In this document: in pieces, positions 27,066 to 34,120 of the stretch
How positions within the stretch are numbered: position 1 is the first letter of the stretch
Layout of the letters: each line of letters opens with the position of its first letter
IMG/VR virus record: IMGVR_UViG_3300034349_000079
Coordinates: 1 to 64,000 of that record
Reading direction: 5' to 3' (one strand)
From: a virus
Taxonomy: Duplodnaviria > Caudoviricetes
DNA length: 64,000 bases
Program-made: the position numbers and the translations under genes
The notes under the pieces: generated by a model
Told to the model about the DNA's origin: nothing
What the model saw: the letters and a program-made list of their open reading frames with translations, nothing else
Database searches by the model: none

Positions 27066-28673
27066 TTAAATTTTCTCCGCGATGAAATCGGACACAATCT
27101 GAGGAAGGCTCGCATCAGCCCCAACGCAGTCCAGCATTCCGGAGTCTTTTGGATCAGCGATTGTGAAATTAGTCGCAGTCAAGCCCATGACTACTAACTT
27201 CACGTCGTGGCCTACTTGCTGGCGGTATTCGCGCAAAGCTTGTACTGGCTGAATACGGCCGGCGTAAGTCTCTGAATCCGTCGCGATAATTACAGTCTCA
27301 AAGTTCCGTTGCTTCTGTTTAGCCCAAACCACGGGGAGACTGCAATCAGTTCCGCCGAACGGTAATCGATTAGTTTGGCGAATTATATCGTCTAAGCGTT
27401 GTTTAGGGCTGATGTTGAGCGGAATAAAAGACGTCGAAAAGGCCATGAACTCGTAGTCTTCTTCCAGACGCGCGACTGCCATAGCAAAGGCAACAGAGGC
27501 AGTTCTTGCAGTCATATGCGTTCCTGCGACCATGCTACCGTCCATCGAGCCGCTGACATCCATGGCAAACAGGATTTTCTTTCCTGTCGGAGCAACGTTT
27601 TTGAAAGATAGGTAGAAAGCCGCATCCAGAGCATCTACTATCTTTTGAACCGGAGTCCAAGTTAAAGAACCTTTTACACCGCGCCCTGCCTGATAGGTTG
27701 TAAGAGCCAGAAGGATTGAGAAAGGATGTACACGCGCTTTTTGTAAAGCTTCTGCATCCTGTAGTTTGGAGATCACCAACTTTGTTGCTTCGCTATTTGG
27801 TTGAAGTAAGCCAATATTCGTCATCTTCGATAAGTTTCTAAGCGCCGCATGGAGTGGCATCTTTTGGAGCAAGGCTTCCCAGACGGAGACGCTATTGAGC
27901 CAGGTATTCGGAACCATCTCTCTTGTGAGCCCAAAATCATTTATCAGCGCGATATTTGGCTTATCTGGGCTAGCCATTGCCTTGATATGAGCTTGGACAG
28001 TTTGTGGAAGCATTGACTCATCCGCAACTACTTTTCCAACCGCCCACTTGAATAGATCATTCATTTCAGCATCTTTTGGGACTGGATGCGCCATACGTAG
28101 TGCGTCTTTTGTGGACCAGTCGTTACGAGTGCGATACTTGGTGAATTGATAGCCGAGTTGATCTGGGGTCTTGGATGTATACCACGAGGCAACAGTTTCG
28201 CGTAAAACACGTCCCCAGCCTCTAAGTGGATTCACATAGCTGATGAACTCAAACAAATGGCTCTGAGTCCGTACTACAGAAGAAAATACTTTCATGGCTT
28301 CATGACGTACAGGCAGAGTTCCATGCGAGAAGGCCAAGGCCAAAGCAAACAAGGTTGGACTTACTTTAGGACCCCTGCCTTCCACCGAGATTTGCTTGAG
28401 TAGCTGAATAGCTTCAACACCGATGTCTGAAGGAGCGGAGAAAATATCTACGGCTACTTTAGCGTTGTCCTTAGTCAGTTTCTGTTCTGTTGCGTAGTAT
28501 GTACCTCCGGAACTTCCAAGAATAAGAAAACGTTCGAACTGTTTAAGTGGAGAAATTGTAAAGGTCATGCCATGGGCATTGTTAAGCGACATTTCCCGTT
28601 CTCTACCAGGAATGACCTGCGTTTGTGGAGTTGTAGAATATGAGCGAGCGAAGTTTGCGTACGGACCGGACAT
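27066..28673 (-). CDS. rsr: Ro60/Rsr TROVE-domain RNA-binding protein
   Basis: RFLILGSSGGTYY, GWGRVLR, KYRTRNDWSTKDALRMAHP, MPLHAALRNL, vWA DVSGSM, GGTDCSLP, TDSET. Confidence 0.95.
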   Translation of the reverse strand: MSGPYANFARSYSTTPQTQVIPGREREMSLNNAHGMTFTISPLKQFERFLILGSSGGTYYATEQKLTKDNAKVAVDIFSAPSDIGVEAIQLLKQISVEGRGPKVSPTLFALALAFSHGTLPVRHEAMKVFSSVVRTQSHLFEFISYVNPLRGWGRVLRETVASWYTSKTPDQLGYQFTKYRTRNDWSTKDALRMAHPVPKDAEMNDLFKWAVGKVVADESMLPQTVQAHIKAMASPDKPNIALINDFGLTREMVPNTWLNSVSVWEALLQKMPLHAALRNLSKMTNIGLLQPNSEATKLVISKLQDAEALQKARVHPFSILLALTTYQAGRGVKGSLTWTPVQKIVDALDAAFYLSFKNVAPTGKKILFAMDVSGSMDGSMVAGTHMTARTASVAFAMAVARLEEDYEFMAFSTSFIPLNISPKQRLDDIIRQTNRLPFGGTDCSLPVVWAKQKQRNFETVIIATDSETYAGRIQPVQALREYRQQVGHDVKLVVMGLTATNFTIADPKDSGMLDCVGADASLPQIVSDFIAEKI

Positions 28674-28712
28674 AATAACACCTTAACGTTGGTTGGTTGG
28701 TTGGTTGAAAGA

Positions 28713-28773
28713 AGGGCTAATTAATTATCAAACGGTTTATCATTACAGGTGGTAACGTTTGAAAATCGGCCCT
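28713..28773 (-). ncRNA. Y RNA-like element Y1
   Basis: AGGGCCGA-stem-TTACC...TTAGCCCT. Confidence 0.75.
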
Positions 28774-28783
28774 AAAAAAGAGA

Positions 28784-28858
28784 AGGCTAAAAGCGTCAAA
28801 GAGGATTTTCATAGTCTGACGACTAAGTCATGGAAGATAATTCTCTGACTACGGCCCT
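28784..28858 (-). ncRNA. Y RNA-like element Y2
   Basis: AGGGCCGT-N10-TTATC...TTAGCCTT. Confidence 0.75.
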
Positions 28859-28865
28859 AAAACGG

Positions 28866-28939
28866 GGTGAGTGACGGGCTTCGGACCCGTATTTCTAGGA
28901 ATCACAGTCCTAGGCTTTACCAATTAAGCTACACTCAAC
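28866..28939 (-). tRNA. trnH: tRNA-His(GTG)
   Basis: TAGGA-CTGTGAT-TCCTA, G-1/C73; atypical TCCGAAG T-loop. Confidence 0.85.
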
Positions 28940-28948
28940 ATTTGGAGC

Positions 28949-29063
28949 GGGCAAAGCGCTGTGTTTGAGAGTTCAAGGTCTACAAGTATCTCGGTTGTAG
29001 CCTAGTCTTTAATTCGAATGGTTAGTTCGGATGTTGTCAAGATAATCAAACACTATCGGCCCC
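28949..29063 (-). ncRNA. Y RNA-like element Y3 (long form, two internal hairpins)
   Basis: GGGGCCGA-TAGTGTTTGA-TTATC...TCAAACAC..TTTGCCC. Confidence 0.7.
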
Positions 29064-29145
29064 AGAAACATTTGCATAGTTTATTCGGCAAGCTCCTACT
29101 ATGCTAGGAGTTTCACGGCCAGTCCTAGTTAGAACTGTCCTTGCC

Positions 29146-29457
29146 TTATTTTGGTAAAACGCTCGCAGCAAGCTGGTTGATGCTGCGTAAGAAAAGCAAA
29201 CGCGTTCTTGGATAAGTCCACTTTAGCCAATGTCTCTCGTTTGTTGGATCTCCTATCTCTTCAGACAGAATCATCCGCCATATTTGTGCTGGAGTGTACT
29301 TATGAATGTAGTTTTGATCCCGCGCTGCTTGGGCACTTACTACATGTCCGTGCATAATAGCTCTACGAATAGCCTTACGAACGGGGTCACTTTTATTATA
29401 TCGAGAATGATACAAATGATCTTTTGACATTGGCCTCTGATGAGAGCACCTACTCAT
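29146..29457 (-). CDS. hypothetical protein
   Basis: GAGGT RBS before MSRCSHQ. Confidence 0.6.
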   Translation of the reverse strand: MSRCSHQRPMSKDHLYHSRYNKSDPVRKAIRRAIMHGHVVSAQAARDQNYIHKYTPAQIWRMILSEEIGDPTNERHWLKWTYPRTRLLFLRSINQLAASVLPK

Positions 29458-29837
29458 AGTAGACCTCTGATTATTTCCTACATTTTCAACTAGCTTGCGG
29501 AGTATATTCGCTAGAAGCAACAAGCCGCCCCCGTGGTCCTAAAATTGAGTACACGAGCCTCCCGCCTGGCATTTTAGTAGGTTAAAACCCCCTGAAAAAA
29601 TTCGTCACCTGTGGGGTTATTTATCCTAGCATATTCTCCCACCGGTCTTCTTACAAGCCGAGGTGTGGCAAACGGATAAAGGGCGTTTTGTAAGACAAGC
29701 CCTTTAACAACTCTCTCACCTAAATGATCAATTTCTTGAGCGATGATGACAAAACGGTACTACCATAGAGATTTTTATTTTAATCCCCGGCCCTAAAGAC
29801 CGTTGGCTTTTCTTATTAGACGATGGTAGCATTAGTT

Positions 29838-29912
29838 TGGCGACCCTGCGGGGTTTCGAACCCCGGTAATGTGATAGACAATCACATGTCCTAGCCTTTA
29901 GACGACAGAGCC
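29838..29912 (-). tRNA. trnD: tRNA-Asp(GTC)
   Basis: TGTGA-TTGTCTA-TCACA, G73, CCA. Confidence 0.9.
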
Positions 29913-29921
29913 ATATTTTGT

Positions 29922-29981
29922 AGGGCTAAAGATAGTTTTGCTGTTTGATCGCCTAATGATAAAGCAAAACTGGACGGCCCT
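29922..29981 (-). ncRNA. Y RNA-like element Y4
   Basis: AGGGCCGT-AGTTTTGCT-TTATC...AGCAAAACT-ATCTTTAGCCCT. Confidence 0.75.
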
Positions 29982-29986
29982 GAAAT

Positions 29987-30116
29987 TGGTGGAGTAGCCT
30001 CGATTTGCACGAGGATCGTTCATTTTACAGATGAGAATACATCACTATCGTACCGGGTTTGGACGGTCAAGATGTTGCAATGCACTTTTAACGCTCTACT
30101 ATTAAGCTACTACTCC
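29987..30116 (-). ncRNA. tRNA-Tyr(GTA)-like RNA with a 56-nt Y-module insertion in the anticodon stem
   Basis: complete acceptor, D and T arms and CCA; removing the insert gives GTTCAT-CTGTAAA-ATGAAC. Confidence 0.75.
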
Positions 30117-30122
30117 AGAAAT

Positions 30123-30187
30123 TGGCGCGAAAATAAGGGATAATCTACCGGCCGTGTTTGGCTAAAGATGTAGGTCCCGTTTTCGCA
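30123..30187 (-). ncRNA. circularly permuted Y-like RNA with CCA end (P1)
   Basis: TGCGAAAA/TTTTCGCG-CCA outer stem; inner ATCTTTAGCC-loop-GGCCG...TTATC. Confidence 0.65.
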
Positions 30188-30192
30188 TTGTT

Positions 30193-30259
30193 TGGTGCGA
30201 AATAAATAAACTCCACCGGCCAGTGGTTATAGGTGGGATCCTAGTCTAAATATTCCGCA
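30193..30259 (-). ncRNA. circularly permuted Y-like RNA with CCA end (P2)
   Basis: TGCGGAATA/TATTTCGCA-CCA; inner TAACC-ACT-GGCCG. Confidence 0.55.
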
Positions 30260-30264
30260 TTGTT

Positions 30265-30340
30265 TGGTAGCGAGGGCGCGATTCGGACGCGCGATCTTAG
30301 GTTTATGAGACCCATGAGATAACCACTTCTCCACCTCGCT
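30265..30340 (-). tRNA. trnM: tRNA-Met(CAT), initiator-like body
   Basis: TGGGT-CTCATAA-ACCTA, CCA. Confidence 0.85.
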
Positions 30341-30473
30341 AAATTTTAAGTGTCTCTAGATCAATATTTCTATTTCTATCTTACGCCCGCGAGCGGTAGA
30401 TGGCTACTTATAGAACAAGACCTTGTTAATTCCCTAGAGACCGATCAAGGCTATTCCGTTTTACTCATATATT

Positions 30474-30525
30474 CGGTGGACATCAACGGGGTTGAACCGT
30501 TCACTACCGTCGTAGCTTAATGTCC
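30474..30525 (-). ncRNA. 52-nt tRNA minihelix-like RNA
   Basis: GGACATT/GATGTCC-A-CCG, AACGG-TTCAACC-CCGTT T-arm, one 4-bp hairpin between them. Confidence 0.55.
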
Positions 30526-30534
30526 GTAATTAGT

Positions 30535-30656
30535 TGGGACTGAGAGGTTTCGAACCTCTGACATGCTGTTGTGATAATACACCAAATCCGGACTATTTGT
30601 CAAGTTTGGATGGCGCATGTTTTTGACGGCTGCTCTACCAGCTGAGCTACAGTCCC
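30535..30656 (-). ncRNA. tRNA-like RNA with a 47-nt Y-module insertion in the anticodon stem
   Basis: GGGACTG/CAGTCCC, GCTC/GAGC D-arm, AGAGG/CCTCT T-arm; insert contains CTTGAC/GTCCGG helix. Confidence 0.7.
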
Positions 30657-30667
30657 ATTTAAAAAGG

Positions 30668-30817
30668 TGAGGGGAGCAGGTTTCGAAGCTGCAATTTCAC
30701 TATTAAGTGAACCGGTTCCTATTATTATGTAAGTCTATCGACCCATTTGTAATGGGTAAATATATCGATATACAATTTTATATATACCGGTGCGTCTACC
30801 AATTTCGCCATCCCCTC
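30668..30817 (-). ncRNA. tRNA-Leu-like RNA with a ~62-nt Y-module insertion in the anticodon loop
   Basis: Leu-type D-arm and variable arm, CCGGT/ACCGG stem; insert contains TTTACCC/GGGTCGA bulged helix. Confidence 0.7.
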
Positions 30818-30822
30818 ATAAC

Positions 30823-30898
30823 TGGCTCCGAAAAGAGGTTTCGAACCTCTGACAAACTGCTTAACAGGCAGCTACTCTACCAACTGAGTTATATCGGA
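30823..30898 (-). tRNA. trnN: tRNA-Asn(GTT)
   Basis: GCTGC-CTGTTAA-GCAGT, G73, CCA. Confidence 0.9.
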
Positions 30899-30916
30899 TT
30901 AGTGCAGAGGATTATA

Positions 30917-30945
30917 ATAATAATCTAAATCCTCGTGAAAGTCAA
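30917..30945 (-). promoter_or_regulatory. sigma70-type promoter driving the tRNA/Y-RNA cluster
   Basis: TTGACT-17 nt-TATTAT upstream of tRNA-Asn. Confidence 0.6.
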
Positions 30946-31043
30946 ATGCTTTCTCCTGTATGTTGTCGATCAAAGCGAAAAGTTCTTCGTCTGAAATGTC
31001 ATCGTTAAATAGTTCGTTGTCTATCATTTTTATACACGTTGTG

Positions 31044-31118
31044 TGGTCGGCGCCGAGGGAATCGAACCCCCTTAGTCATGGTCCCAAACCATGCGATCAG
31101 CCAATGAACCAGGCACCG
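31044..31118 (-). tRNA. trnP: tRNA-Pro(TGG)
   Basis: CATGG-TTTGGGA-CCATG, CCA. Confidence 0.9.
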
Positions 31119-31125
31119 AGATGGA

Positions 31126-31185
31126 AGGGCTAGTTAGTTATGCTGGGGTTGTATCTTAGAAGGATAACCCATCAAGAACGGCCCT
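31126..31185 (-). ncRNA. Y RNA-like element Y5
   Basis: AGGGCCGT-N10-TTATC...CTAGCCCT. Confidence 0.7.
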
Positions 31186-31385
31186 AAAATCAAAACGCGC
31201 TTACATGGAGACGTCTAGAATTCTCCTAGTGGGTTACACCACGTTTTTCTGTAAAGTAAGCGCCTCATCATCCTAGAATAGTGTGGTTAATGTTGCTTTT
31301 ACACCACAAGGTTTTATTGTAGCAACCCTTCAGCTAGTCATTAATATTACCGTTCGTCAGACTAGCAGTTGAGAACGAGTATTCT

Positions 31386-31461
31386 TGGAGCGGACACGGA
31401 AAGAATCAAACTCCGGTCATTAGCTTGGAAGGCTAAGGTAATATCACTATACGATATCCGC
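31386..31461 (-). tRNA. trnG: tRNA-Gly(TCC)
   Basis: TTAGC-CTTCCAA-GCTAA, U73, CCA; bulged T-stem. Confidence 0.85.
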
Positions 31462-31471
31462 AAAAAACGGT

Positions 31472-31531
31472 TGGGATAATTGATTTATCATGCGAGTGTC
31501 AGTAATTTAGGTAACGCACGACTTCGTCCCA
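31472..31531 (-). ncRNA. Y RNA-like element Y6
   Basis: TGGGACGA-N9-TTACC...TTATCCCA (compensatory C-G to A-U change). Confidence 0.7.
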
Positions 31532-31537
31532 GAAACT

Positions 31538-31627
31538 TGGTGTATGGTAGTTGATTCGAACAACTGTGGGCCATCAAGACCAACGGATTTACAGTCCGTC
31601 CCCGTCAACCAGCTTGGGTAACCATAC
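31538..31627 (-). tRNA. trnY: tRNA-Tyr(GTA)
   Basis: ACGGA-CTGTAAA-TCCGT, long variable arm, CCA. Confidence 0.9.
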
Positions 31628-31677
31628 AAGTAAGTAATAGTACCACATTTTGTCACAATGTGGTACTACGGTTTCGC

Positions 31678-32040
31678 TCAATCCCGAATGAGCTCAACGT
31701 ATTTGATATACTCGCCGAGCACTTCGACAACGACATCTGCGTCGATGCTATCCCCGCTATTAACGTTTTTGCGTAGCCAAGTTTGAACGGCATACGGGAG
31801 AGCGTCTTCCTTGAAGCTCAACACGACGCAGATTTCACCGTCCTCCGGAGGGTCAAACTCCCTGAAAAGAAGCTTATTCAGGTTTGCAACCAGGTCAGTC
31901 CCGTCATCGCACATGTCTTCGAAGAAGTCGTTATCTTCAGCGAATTCCAGAGCTGTGATAATCGCGGTCTTAAGCGTGGCGAGCTCGAGCTTTACACTAT
32001 CGATCTCAGCGTTAAGATCAGCTTTATTCTTCTCAGCCAT
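31678..32040 (-). CDS. hypothetical protein
   Basis: GGAG RBS before MAEKNK. Confidence 0.65.
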   Translation of the reverse strand: MAEKNKADLNAEIDSVKLELATLKTAIITALEFAEDNDFFEDMCDDGTDLVANLNKLLFREFDPPEDGEICVVLSFKEDALPYAVQTWLRKNVNSGDSIDADVVVEVLGEYIKYVELIRD

Positions 32041-32242
32041 GTTGCTTCTCCGGGAACTTGCTGTAGAGCCAGGTGGCGGCATTGACCGGCCATTGGAGGG
32101 CGATCTTGAAGGAGTTTTGCGCCGAAATACCCTGGCTCTTGTGGATATAGCCACCACGAACGAGAGCGATGAAGGCATAGATTAAGAAAAGGTCGCCAAA
32201 TGCGAACATAGTGTTGGATCTCAGGTTGTAGGTTGTGGGTTG

Positions 32243-32512
32243 TCAGGCAGCGAGTGCAGCAGCTGCTGCACCAGGGCCGTTGTCGCGGTCGTATAGCCGA
32301 GGATCGAGGCTATCGCCTTCAATTTCGACTCTCATAACGCGGCCATGAACATAGTCAAAATAGTTGTATTGGTCTAACAGGCTTCTGGCTTCTTCCTCCG
32401 TCATGGGCGCAGGATCGAAGTGCAAGATATCCAGGCCAAGAGGCTTAGCCGCATCGTAGAGCTTGCGTAGAACATCTACCTTGTCAAGTCCAGAAATGTC
32501 GATGTCTGTCAT
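32243..32512 (-). CDS. conserved phage hypothetical protein
   Basis: IDISGLDK..VL..LY...YFDYVHGRVM...LYDRDNGPGAA pattern recognised from phage proteins. Confidence 0.7.
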   Translation of the reverse strand: MTDIDISGLDKVDVLRKLYDAAKPLGLDILHFDPAPMTEEEARSLLDQYNYFDYVHGRVMRVEIEGDSLDPRLYDRDNGPGAAAAALAA

Positions 32513-32804
32513 TTGTTTGTTTCTCCAAGTAGGTTGTTTTACCGCGATACAAGTGACCAAGCTTTTGGTCATTTGTGCAGCCACTGGTTACTGCATAGCC
32601 TGCCTTATGAAGTTCGGCCCGAATGCTGAGTGGCAGCGCATCAGGCCAGCGAACAAAAGTCTTTTCTTGAACGATGGCTATTTTTATAGCATCTTTCAAG
32701 TCTTGCCGAGTTACATTCACCGAAAGCCTCGAAAGTTCGCGCGCTTCTTCAGCCGGTATGAATTCAGTTTCTAGCGCCATTTTTATTCACCACATTTAGG
32801 GTTG

Positions 32805-32828
32805 AAAAAAGCTAGCCCGAAGGCTAGC
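32805..32828 (-). terminator. rho-independent terminator
   Basis: GCTAGC-CTTCGG-GCTAGC followed by TTTTTT on minus strand. Confidence 0.75.
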
Positions 32829-32837
32829 TAAGCTCGA

Positions 32838-33089
32838 TCAGATGGTGCTCTTGTTGTGCGCCAGCGTTCTCTTTACCCGCTGGCACAGACCACGTAGACA
32901 TTCATCGCTCAGCTTAAGCGTGTTGTTTCGTTTGCCGATGATAGGAATTGGCGGTGTCGTCGTATAGTCGATCCGGATCAGGAAGTTACCGCCTTTGGTT
33001 GTTTCCACGTAGCTCGTGACGGTCCCTACCAGTTCAGGGTATCCGTGCTTGAACATTGCTCGAAGCGCTTTTGCTTTTTTGGCGCGCAT
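32838..33089 (-). CDS. hypothetical basic protein
   Basis: 83-aa ORF ending just before a terminator. Confidence 0.6.
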   Translation of the reverse strand: MRAKKAKALRAMFKHGYPELVGTVTSYVETTKGGNFLIRIDYTTTPPIPIIGKRNNTLKLSDECLRGLCQRVKRTLAHNKSTI

Positions 33090-33098
33090 GATTATGAC

Positions 33099-33788
33099 CT
33101 AGATCTGAAGGAGAGTGGCAGCATTCATGGTGCCAGTTGCACTGATAGTCTTGCCGCCAGCACGACGGCTGGCAACATTAGACTGAAGGGCGCGGAAGTT
33201 AGGACCGGTATGTACACGATACGCAATAGCTTGCGTTAAGGCAGCTGTCAGGGCCTCAGGTGTCTTGTTAACCGGCATGATGGGCGTGCTACTCGTCGCG
33301 TTCCAGGCGAATTGAATAGAATCGCGGGCATGCGGAAAGAACGCGTCACGCTGCAACCCCATGCTCAAAACCGATTCGACGCACGCCGAAATCTCAGCGA
33401 ATTCCAACTTGAATCCGGCGATCTTATCACCCGTGATTTTGTGCTCGAACTCCGGGTGCATCACGACAATGCCGTCGGCTACCGCAAACATGGAAAACAC
33501 GGGCGTTGCCGTCCCGTCAATAAAGGCATCTTCTCCGTCGATTGCAACCTGAAGCTTGCGGACAATGGTTGCAATTTGAACGACGATCTTGTCCGCAAGC
33601 GCGTTGATAACATTCAGGGGCAGCAGCCCTCGGTCGCCACGGACAGCGACATCGCCGATGTGGGCCGTCTTCAGGGTGATATCCACCAGGGGAGTGCGAA
33701 TAACCATTTCTTGGCTCGCACCAATCTGGGTGATGGCGTCGATTTCAACAGGTTTGTCGTTCAGAATGTCGATCAGGAGGTTGGACAT
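33099..33788 (-). CDS. hypothetical protein
   Basis: 229-aa ORF. Confidence 0.7.
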   Translation of the reverse strand: MSNLLIDILNDKPVEIDAITQIGASQEMVIRTPLVDITLKTAHIGDVAVRGDRGLLPLNVINALADKIVVQIATIVRKLQVAIDGEDAFIDGTATPVFSMFAVADGIVVMHPEFEHKITGDKIAGFKLEFAEISACVESVLSMGLQRDAFFPHARDSIQFAWNATSSTPIMPVNKTPEALTAALTQAIAYRVHTGPNFRALQSNVASRRAGGKTISATGTMNAATLLQI

Positions 33789-33843
33789 AGGGTACTCGAT
33801 GAGATAGAGTGATCAGAAAAACGATTAAGCGCGACAGCGCACT

Positions 33844-34083
33844 CTAAGACGTTTTCTTTTTCACAAGATCAGCCACAGTCTTTTCGATGTCGGACATAAT
33901 CTTCCAAGAGCTGATGTCGTCATCTGTAATAGTTATGCCGAAGGTGACTTCAAGATCGTCGGCATACTCGCAGAGTTCTTCATCACTCAAATACAGATAG
34001 TCTTCCAAAGACTCTGTTGGTTTTATACTACCAGGGAAACAGAAGAGAAAATCTTCCATTAAAGTATATACTGTTTCATTCAC
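33844..34083 (-). CDS. acyl-carrier-protein-like protein
   Basis: acidic 79 aa; LE-x-x-F-G-I-x-I-x-D-D-D...SDI pattern; SD instead of DS at the phosphopantetheine site. Confidence 0.6.
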   Translation of the reverse strand: MNETVYTLMEDFLFCFPGSIKPTESLEDYLYLSDEELCEYADDLEVTFGITITDDDISSWKIMSDIEKTVADLVKKKTS

Positions 34084-34120
34084 AGTGCTTCTCCACGCTT
34101 AACATGGTTGAGCATGTTGC

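Noticed and set aside
29536-29605. HDV/theta-ribozyme-like core on the plus strand (CTAAAAT...GCC-TCCCGCCT-GGC-ATTTTAG)
   Set aside because: P1/P3/L3 resemble HDV, but the P1.1 GG is displaced, J4/2 and P2 fit poorly, there is no G1, and it is antisense to the tRNA transcript. A self-cleavage assay would settle it.
29679-29794. Possible seventh linear Y RNA (AGGGCCGG...AAACGCCCT)
   Set aside because: It lacks the UUAUC motif at +10 and a clear upper stem, so support is too weak.
30540-30570. UCA opal-suppressor or Sec anticodon in the second chimera
   Set aside because: TCA occurs in the 9-nt loop, but without U33 or purine-37 context, so it is not supportable.
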